Source: Gemmata obscuriglobus
Lineage (GTDB): Bacteria > Planctomycetota > Planctomycetia > Gemmatales > Gemmataceae
NCBI RefSeq assembly: GCF_008065095.1
Contig: NZ_CP042911.1
Location: 1,020,001-1,052,000 of the forward strand
DNA length: 32,000 nt
Reading direction: 5' to 3'
The number at the start of each line of letters is the position of its first letter. Within the stretch, counting starts at the first letter, position 1. Below the pieces are notes generated by a model. That model was not told the origin of the DNA, did no database searches, and worked only from the letters and a program-made list of their open reading frames with translations. Positions 9,601 to 19,883 of the stretch are shown piece by piece. Position numbers and translations under genes: made by a program.

Positions 9601-10111
9601 CCGCTACGTCGATTCGTCCGTCGAGCGCGTGCAGGTGAAGGTGCGCGGGCTCACCGACCCGCGGCACGTGCTCACGTGCAACGGCCGCCGCGTGCCGCTC
9701 CACCCCACGGGCACGCGGGGCGAGTTCGTCTCCGGCGTGCGGTACCGCGCGTGGCAGCCGCCGAGCTGCCTGCACCCCACGATCCCGGTCCACGCGCCGC
9801 TAGTGTTCGACTTACTGGACACCTGGAACGACCGCAGCATCGGCGGCTGCACCTACCACGTGTCCCACCCGGGCGGGCTGTCGCACGATAACTTCCCGGT
9901 CAACGCCCTGGCGGCCGAGAGCCGCCGCATCGCCCGGTTCTTCGCGTTCGGGCACACCCCCGGCCCGGTGAGCGTCCCGCCGGAGGAGCCGAATCCCGAG
10001 TTCCCGCTCACCCTCGACCTGCGAACGGCCGAACCGGTTCGGTACCGGCCGTTCGCCCCGGCCGAGCAGCAACAGACGCTCGGCCGCGCTTCCGTAACCG
10101 TCCTAGAATAG
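6650..10111 (+). CDS. large transglutaminase-family protein (Bact_transglu_N + transglutaminase core + DUF2126 'putative amidoligase' region)
   Basis: 1153-aa ORF. The N-terminus [33 protein letters not shown] is Bact_transglu_N-like. The Cys/His/Asp core is [29 protein letters not shown] ... [23 protein letters not shown]. The ~800-aa C-terminal extension is of the type found in DUF2126 proteins. The 1536-aa antisense ORF is a shadow. Confidence 0.9.
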   Translation: [1153 protein letters not shown]

Positions 10112-10168
10112 GGCAACGGCGCCGCCGGGCCGCGGTCGCCGCGCCCCGCCTCTTCCCGGCACTTACGG

Positions 10169-12751
10169 ATGTCAGACGGCCTCACCGAACCCCTGACCGA
10201 CCCGCGACTCGCGCCCGGCACCGATTTTCGGTCCGGCGCCGAGCCGTCCGGTTATTACGAGGCCGTAGACGACGCGGGCGAGCCGCGCCCGCACTGGGCC
10301 GCGTTCGACGACGCGCTCCGCGAACTCGGCCGCGACGAACTCGCGGGCCGCTGGCGCGAGGCGAAGCAGCTCATCCGCGAGAACGGGGTCACCTACAACG
10401 TGTACGGCGACCCGCACGGGATCGCCCGCCCGTGGCAGCTCGACCCGATCCCGCTCCTCGTCCCGACGCACGAGTCCGTCTTCCTCGGCCGCGGGCTGAT
10501 CCAGCGCGCGAAGCTGATGGAACTCGTCCTCACGGACCTTTACGGCCCGCAGCGACTGCTCAAGGACGGCCTGATCCCGCCGCAGTTGGTGTTCCCGAAC
10601 CCCGGCTTCCTGCGCCCCGTTCACGGCATCAAAGTGCCCGGCGGGCGGTACCTGCACCTCTACGCCGCGAACCTCGGGCGCGGGTCCGACGGGAACTGGC
10701 GGGTGATCGGCGACCGCACCCAGGCGCCCTCTGGCGCGGGCTACGCGCTCGAGAACCGCATCGTGATGACGCGGACGCTGCCCGAGGCGTTCCGCGACTG
10801 CCGCGTCCACCGGCTCGCGCTCTTCTTCCAGACGTTCCGGGACACGCTCCGCGCGCTGGCGCCGCGCAACAAGGACAACCCCCGCGTCGTGCTGCTCACG
10901 CCCGGGCCGTACAACGAGACCTATTTCGAGCACGCCTACCTCGCACGCTACCTCGGCTACACGCTCGTGGAGGGCGGCGACCTCACGGTCCGCGACAACC
11001 GCGTCTACCTGAAGGTCCTCGGCGGCCTGCAACCCGTCGACGTGATCTTCCGGCGGCTCGACGACGACTTCTGCGACCCGCTCGAGCTGCGCCCCGACTC
11101 GTTCCTCGGGGTCCCGGGGCTGGTCCACGCGGCCCGGAGCGGCAACGTGGTCGTTGCCAACGCGCTCGGGACGGGGGTCCTCGAAACGCCGGCGCTACCG
11201 GCGTTCCTGCCGCGCCTCTGCCGCGCCGTTCTGGGCGAGGAGCTGAAGCTCGAGTCCGTCGCAACGTGGTGGTGCGGGGAACCCGACTCGCTGCGGTACG
11301 TCCTCGACCACTTGAGTCAGCTCGTCATCAAACCGGTGTTCCCGGCGACGCGCATCGAGCCCGTGTTCCCGGCGGAACTGACGGCCGCGCAGCGGATTGC
11401 GCTCGTTGAGCGGTTGCAGGCCCGGCCCTGGGACTTCGTCGCGCAGGACCGCCTCGATTTGTCCTCGGCGCCGGTCCTCGACGGCGACCGCCTGGTGCGC
11501 CGCAAGCTCGTCGTGCGGGCGTACCTCGCGGCCGACACGAACGGCGGGTTCATGTGCATGCCGGGCGGGCTGACACGCGTGAGCGCGTCCCCGGACACCA
11601 CCGTCGTGTCGATGCAGCGCGGCGGCGGGAGCAAGGACACCTGGGTGCTCGCGGACGCCGCGGTCAGCGACTTCAGCCTGCTGCCCGGGAGCGGCCAGCG
11701 CGTCGTTCTGACGCGCTCCGGCGGGAACCTGCCGAGCCGCGCCGCGGACAACCTGTACTGGCTCGGCCGCTACGCCGAACGCGCCGAAGGGCTGACGCGG
11801 CTGCTCCGCGGGATCGTCGTGCGGATCACCGAGCGGTCCGGGCTCGTGGACAGTCCCGAGCTGCCGCACCTGCTGCACGCGCTGGCCATTACTGCGGACC
11901 CGAAGTGCCCGCGCGGGGAGGTCGAATGCGACCCGCTGGACCGCGTGTTCCCGGCGGTGTTCGACAGCTCCGACCCGAACAGCCTCGCGTCCGTGGTGAA
12001 CGCGGTACGGTCGGTCGCGTCGGTGGTGCGTGACCTCATCTCGCTCGACATGTGGCGGGTGGTGAACTCGCTCGGCGAACTCACCCGCCCGCCGGTCGAC
12101 GACGACGGCCCGACGCCCGCGGCGGTGCTCGATCTGCTGAATCGCACCGTGGTGACGCTGGCCGCGTTCGGCGGGCTGGCGACCGAGAGCATGACCCGCG
12201 GGGAAGGCTGGCGGTTCCTCGACCTCGGCCGCAAGCTCGAGCGCTCGCTGCACACCATCGGGCTCATCCGGGCCACGCTGGTCAACGTGTCGCCGCAAGA
12301 GGGGCCGGTGCTCGACGCCGTGCTGGAGGTGGCGGACAGCGGGATGACGTACCGGCGCCGCTACATGAGCAGCCTGCGCGCGGAAGCCGTGCTGGACCTG
12401 CTCGTGGACGACGAGACGAACCCGCGATCACTCGCGTCGCAACTCGCGGCCCTGGCGGAAGATGTGGACCACCTCCCGCGCTCGACCGGGCTGGCCGGAC
12501 GCGCCCCGGAGCAGCGGTTCGCTCTCGCCGCGCTGGGCTCCGTCCGGATGGCCGAGCCCGAACGGCTCGCGGTGGTGGAGGAGGGGACGCGGCCCGCGCT
12601 GAAGGTGCTGCTGGACCACGTCGCGGGCTGGCTGCCGATCCTGTCGGACGCGATCACGCAGCAGTACTTGAGCCACCTGCAAACGTCGCGGCACCTCGCC
12701 CGGCCCGACCTGACGCTGCTCACCGCGGCCGATTCCGGTGACCGATTGTGA
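10169..12751 (+). CDS. fused circularly permuted ATP-grasp + Alpha-E protein
   Basis: 860-aa ORF. The N-terminal ~480 aa parallels gene 3957..5402 (VTYNVYGD, IGDRTQAPSGAGYALENR, YNETYFEHAYLARYLG, DVIFRRLDDDFCDPLELRPDSFLGVPGL, GNVVVANALGTGV, GGGSKDTWVL). The C-terminal ~330 aa parallels Alpha-E (NLYWLGRYAERAEGLTRLLR, WRFLDLGRKLERSLHTIGLIR). Confidence 0.9.
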   Translation: MSDGLTEPLTDPRLAPGTDFRSGAEPSGYYEAVDDAGEPRPHWAAFDDALRELGRDELAGRWREAKQLIRENGVTYNVYGDPHGIARPWQLDPIPLLVPTHESVFLGRGLIQRAKLMELVLTDLYGPQRLLKDGLIPPQLVFPNPGFLRPVHGIKVPGGRYLHLYAANLGRGSDGNWRVIGDRTQAPSGAGYALENRIVMTRTLPEAFRDCRVHRLALFFQTFRDTLRALAPRNKDNPRVVLLTPGPYNETYFEHAYLARYLGYTLVEGGDLTVRDNRVYLKVLGGLQPVDVIFRRLDDDFCDPLELRPDSFLGVPGLVHAARSGNVVVANALGTGVLETPALPAFLPRLCRAVLGEELKLESVATWWCGEPDSLRYVLDHLSQLVIKPVFPATRIEPVFPAELTAAQRIALVERLQARPWDFVAQDRLDLSSAPVLDGDRLVRRKLVVRAYLAADTNGGFMCMPGGLTRVSASPDTTVVSMQRGGGSKDTWVLADAAVSDFSLLPGSGQRVVLTRSGGNLPSRAADNLYWLGRYAERAEGLTRLLRGIVVRITERSGLVDSPELPHLLHALAITADPKCPRGEVECDPLDRVFPAVFDSSDPNSLASVVNAVRSVASVVRDLISLDMWRVVNSLGELTRPPVDDDGPTPAAVLDLLNRTVVTLAAFGGLATESMTRGEGWRFLDLGRKLERSLHTIGLIRATLVNVSPQEGPVLDAVLEVADSGMTYRRRYMSSLRAEAVLDLLVDDETNPRSLASQLAALAEDVDHLPRSTGLAGRAPEQRFALAALGSVRMAEPERLAVVEEGTRPALKVLLDHVAGWLPILSDAITQQYLSHLQTSRHLARPDLTLLTAADSGDRL

Positions 12752-12875
12752 GGTTCGATCCAATCGTTTTCAGTTCCAGCTTCCGAGTTGCTAATCGGCT
12801 CGACACAAGCTCTGGGCCAATTGTGTGTCTTTTGACCTTACGCGGAACCTGGAACTGGAAACCACCGGGCTCGGT

Positions 12876-13775
12876 ATGATCCGCTACACCATCACGCACG
12901 TCACCACCTACGACTATACCGAGCCGGTGTCGCTGTGCCAGAACGTGGCGCACCTGTCGGCACGCGACAGCGAGCGGCAGCAGGTGGAACGACCGCTCCT
13001 GTCGATCAACCCCGAACCGGCGGTAATCGAGGAGCGGGTCGATTACTTCGGCAACCCGGTCCACTACTTCACGATCCAGGAACCGCATCGCGAACTGACC
13101 GTTCGCGCCGAGCACGTCATCAGCGTGTCGGTTGAACCACCACCGGACCCTGCAACAACTCCGGCATGGGAACTGATCCGCGATCAGCTCAACTGGAACC
13201 GCAGCCCGGCGTGGATCGACGCGTATCAGTTCGTTGTCGATTCACGGTACGTCGCGGCCGACGGGCGATACGCGCGGTACGCCGCCGAATCGTTCACCCC
13301 GAACCGTCCGGTGCTCGAGGCCGCGCTGGAACTAATGGCACGGGTCCACAAAGAGTTCGTGTACGATCCGCGCGCGACGACGCTCGCGACACCGGTCGCG
13401 GAGGTGTTCGAGAAGCGGCGCGGGGTGTGTCAGGACTTCGCGCACTTGCTGCTCGCATGTCTGCGGTCGCTCGGGCTCGCGGCCCGATACGTGAGCGGAT
13501 ACCTTTCGACCCTCCCACCGCCCGGTAAATCTCGGCTCATCGGTGCTGACGCCAGCCACGCTTGGGTAAGTGTGTTTTGCGGTGACATCGGATGGGTCGA
13601 CCTCGATCCGACGAACGATCAGATCCCAGCCGAGCGTCACGTCTTGCTCGCATGGGGACGCGACTACGACGACGTAAGTCCGCTAAAGGGTGTTATTCTG
13701 GGAGGAGGGCAACACGTTGTGAAAGTGTCCGTGGATGTCTGTCCGGATCAGCCCGAACTCGGCGTCGTGGGCTGA
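12876..13775 (+). CDS. transglutaminase-family protein (Bact_transglu_N + transglutaminase core)
   Basis: ORF 12825..13775; the ATG at 12876 gives MIRYTITHVTTYDYTEPVSLCQNVAHL, the Bact_transglu_N start. The catalytic motifs are RRGVCQDFAHLLLACLRSLGLAARYVSGY, ASHAWVSVF and WVDLDPTND. Confidence 0.9.
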   Translation: MIRYTITHVTTYDYTEPVSLCQNVAHLSARDSERQQVERPLLSINPEPAVIEERVDYFGNPVHYFTIQEPHRELTVRAEHVISVSVEPPPDPATTPAWELIRDQLNWNRSPAWIDAYQFVVDSRYVAADGRYARYAAESFTPNRPVLEAALELMARVHKEFVYDPRATTLATPVAEVFEKRRGVCQDFAHLLLACLRSLGLAARYVSGYLSTLPPPGKSRLIGADASHAWVSVFCGDIGWVDLDPTNDQIPAERHVLLAWGRDYDDVSPLKGVILGGGQHVVKVSVDVCPDQPELGVVG

Positions 13776-14278
13776 GGTGTCCTTTGGTCACGATCAAAAA
13801 AGCGTGAAATCCTTCAGCGACAATGCTTTGGAACGATAGCTTCAGCTCGGCGAGTTGACGTCTGGGTGTTCGGGGTGCTACGATGTGGGAGAAGAACACG
13901 TGAGGCACGGGCGCTGGGGCCGTGCAGTTGGACGGGGAACGAGTGAAGTAGCGACGAACCTGTGTCGGTGCCAATCCGGCTGGTCGAGCGAACCCTTTTC
14001 CGCGAAAAATCTGTCCAAAAGTGTGCGAGTCGTGGTTCGGGCGCAAGCCCGTTCGAGCGGATGACTTGCACGTCACGAGGGGGACCGGGATTCGGCGTGA
14101 TGCCGGTCCGGTTCCGAGATGGGGCTTGGCGAACGGCTGCCGGGGCCCTATACCTCAATCTTCCCCACGATTGCGGACGCATCGTGCCGCGAAAATGACG
14201 GGCAGACATGCCCGCACGTGTTAGTTATTTGATGTTCGAGACTGGTTCGCGAGTCGGAAAGAAAAGTGATGGGACGGG

Positions 14279-14306
14279 TTGACGGATGGGGGTCGCGAGC
14301 TAAGAT
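14279..14306 (+). promoter_or_regulatory. candidate rRNA promoter (sigma-70 type)
   Basis: TTGACG (14279-14284), 16-nt spacer, TAAGAT (14301-14306). An A-rich stretch GAAAGAAAAG lies just upstream, about 175 nt before the 23S processing stem. Pattern match only. Confidence 0.4.
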
Positions 14307-14482
14307 GATCGGAGTGACGCAAACGCAACGCGGGTAACGAGTTGCGACGCGAAAAGTTGGTCCGGCTCGCTCGATCAGGGCGGCCGAACCATTCGGGTTC
14401 CGGAAGCGGCTCGTGAGGGCGGCGGACGGGGCTCAACAAGCCGGTAAGACGGCCAGTGGCAGGTGGTGTGACCTCCTGCCGA

Positions 14483-14522
14483 GACGGTCTTTGACAACGT
14501 GGTGAAGCAAGTTAAGTTGCAT
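14483..14522 (+). other. 5' strand of the 23S precursor processing stem (partner 17536-17576)
   Basis: Three helices verified by hand: 14483-14488 with 17571-17576 (6 bp); 14494-14508 with 17548-17562 (15 bp perfect); 14514-14522 with 17536-17544 (9 bp including one G-U). Together they bracket the whole 23S gene. Confidence 0.65.
14488..14497 (+). promoter_or_regulatory. boxA-like antitermination element upstream of 23S
   Basis: TCTTTGACAA resembles the E. coli rrn boxA core (GCTCTTTAACAA). An identical decamer recurs upstream of 16S at 17810-17819. Confidence 0.5.
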
Positions 14523-14753
14523 CTTCGTCGGTGCCGCTTGCGGGTCGTCTGGGTGTGGCGTCGCTCCTTCGGGTGCGGGGTCGGGTCCGGCGGGTTGCGG
14601 GTGGCGGCGATCAGTGACAAGACGAGACACGAGCCTTAGAAGTGGTTGAGATAATCGTCACCCGTGGCACATATCGGTGCCACGGGTGACACTAGTGGTG
14701 ATGCTCGACGAACGGTACCCGCTTGCCGGCGGGTGCGGTGGTCTGGGCAGTGC

Positions 14754-17501
<2,748 letters not shown>

Positions 17502-17598
17502 GCACTCCCCACTCCACCGCCCGTGTCTCGAACACATGCGACTTGACGCTTCACCACGTTGTACCGATACACCGTCGGGGTAACCCGACACGAACCAT

Positions 17599-17706
17599 GC
17601 CGGTGACCATACCCAAACGGAAACACCCGTTCCCATTCCGAACACGGCCGTGAAACGTTTGAGGCCGATGGTAGTGCGTCCAGCGCGAGAGTAGGTATCG
17701 CCGGCT
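17599..17706 (+). rRNA. rrf: 5S ribosomal RNA
   Basis: GCCGGTGACCATACCCAAACGGAAACACCCGTTCCCATTCCGAACACGGCCGTGAAACGTTTGAGGCCGATGGTAGTGCGTCCAGCGCGAGAGTAGGTATCGCCGGC. It carries the conserved CCGAAC, GATGGTAGTG and GAGAGTAGG blocks and a terminal helix GCCGGTGA/TCGCCGGC. It lies about 97 nt after 23S. Confidence 0.9.
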
Positions 17707-17808
17707 ACTGTACAATCGATCGACGCCTCTGGACGAGAGGGCCGATCGCCAATACACTCTGATGAGGAGTGGCTTGCTCGACCGGTCAAACGGTTGAGCC
17801 GAGTGCTG

Positions 17809-17848
17809 ATCTTTGACAAGTGGGTGCGTGAGATCTGTTTGAGGTGGG
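17809..17848 (+). other. 5' strand of the 16S precursor processing stem (partner 19576-19615)
   Basis: The hand pairing has a 14-bp perfect core (17817-17830 with 19594-19607), extended on both sides with a few mismatches to roughly 35 bp in total. It brackets the whole 16S gene. Confidence 0.65.
17810..17819 (+). promoter_or_regulatory. boxA-like antitermination element upstream of 16S
   Basis: In context TGATCTTTGACAA, which matches 11 of 13 positions of E. coli boxA TGCTCTTTAACAA. It is embedded in the 5' strand of the 16S processing stem. Confidence 0.5.
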
Positions 17849-18021
17849 TTAACGCCGTTGAGTAGGTGTTAACTCCATCTCGGATCGGATCACAACGAAC
17901 GAGCTCCGCCGCGAGGTGGGGTGCGTGCGGTGTGATGCGGTCCAAGACTGAAGTCGACACCGAACAACGGCCGGATTGAACTCGACCAAGTCGCTGCCGG
18001 GTGACTGGCAGTGCGAAAATT

Positions 18022-19521
<1,500 letters not shown>

Positions 19522-19619
19522 TAAGGATACTGACACACAGGTCGTGTGGCTCGAGCACCACCGACCACATATCACCCCGCCTCACACAGACCGCACGCAC
19601 CCACTTGCCAACGATATAC

Positions 19620-19661
19620 CCGCGACCCCGATGCAGAAATGCACCGGGGTCGCGGCTTTTT
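19620..19661 (+). terminator. intrinsic terminator after the 16S 3' processing strand
   Basis: CCGCGACCCCG (19620-19630) pairs with CGGGGTCGCGG (19645-19655). An inner TGCA-GAAA-TGCA extends the stem to a GNRA-type tetraloop. It is followed by CTTTTTGCGTTTCGTT. Confidence 0.7.
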
Positions 19662-19883
19662 GCGTTTCGTTCTTGACGCCAATTCTGCGTTCGTCCGCAC
19701 CTTTCTTTACACCCGGATGTCTCTTCAGCGGGCTTTTCGAGCCTAACGTGGTGGTTGTTTCGTTTGTAGCGGTCAGCTCTCCTCACTCCTTCGCATCGCA
19801 GACCCATCATGGTCACGCGGAAACCGAAGCGTTCGACATAATGACTTTCGTCGGCGCGGTTTCCGAACGCGAGGTGCTCATTG

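Noticed and set aside
5183-9793. 1536-aa minus-strand ORF, the longest in the track
   Set aside because: It lies antisense to three genes with clear family signatures (ATP-grasp, Alpha-E, transglutaminase/DUF2126). The product is Arg/Pro/Gly/His/Val-rich low-complexity sequence with no recognisable motif. Long stop-free antisense frames are expected at this G+C content.
13776-14278. tRNA genes or small ORFs in the ~500-bp gap before the rRNA promoter, and in the rRNA spacers
   Set aside because: No cloverleaf with a GTTCGA-type T-arm could be assembled by eye. The minus ORFs 13693..14076 and 13814..14209 have non-coding-like composition. A tRNAscan-SE run would settle it.
14491-14496. TTGACA hexamers at 14491 and 17813 as -35 promoter boxes for 23S and 16S
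   Set aside because: No acceptable -10 follows at 16-18 nt (the best is TAAGTT for the first, nothing for the second). Both hexamers sit inside sequences that base-pair with the 3' flanks of the respective rRNA (processing stems) and match the boxA core, so they must be transcribed.
17711-17716. TACAAT as a -10 box just after 5S
   Set aside because: The hexamer at the -35 position (AGAGTA) does not resemble TTGACA, and the site abuts the 5S 3' end. Probably chance.
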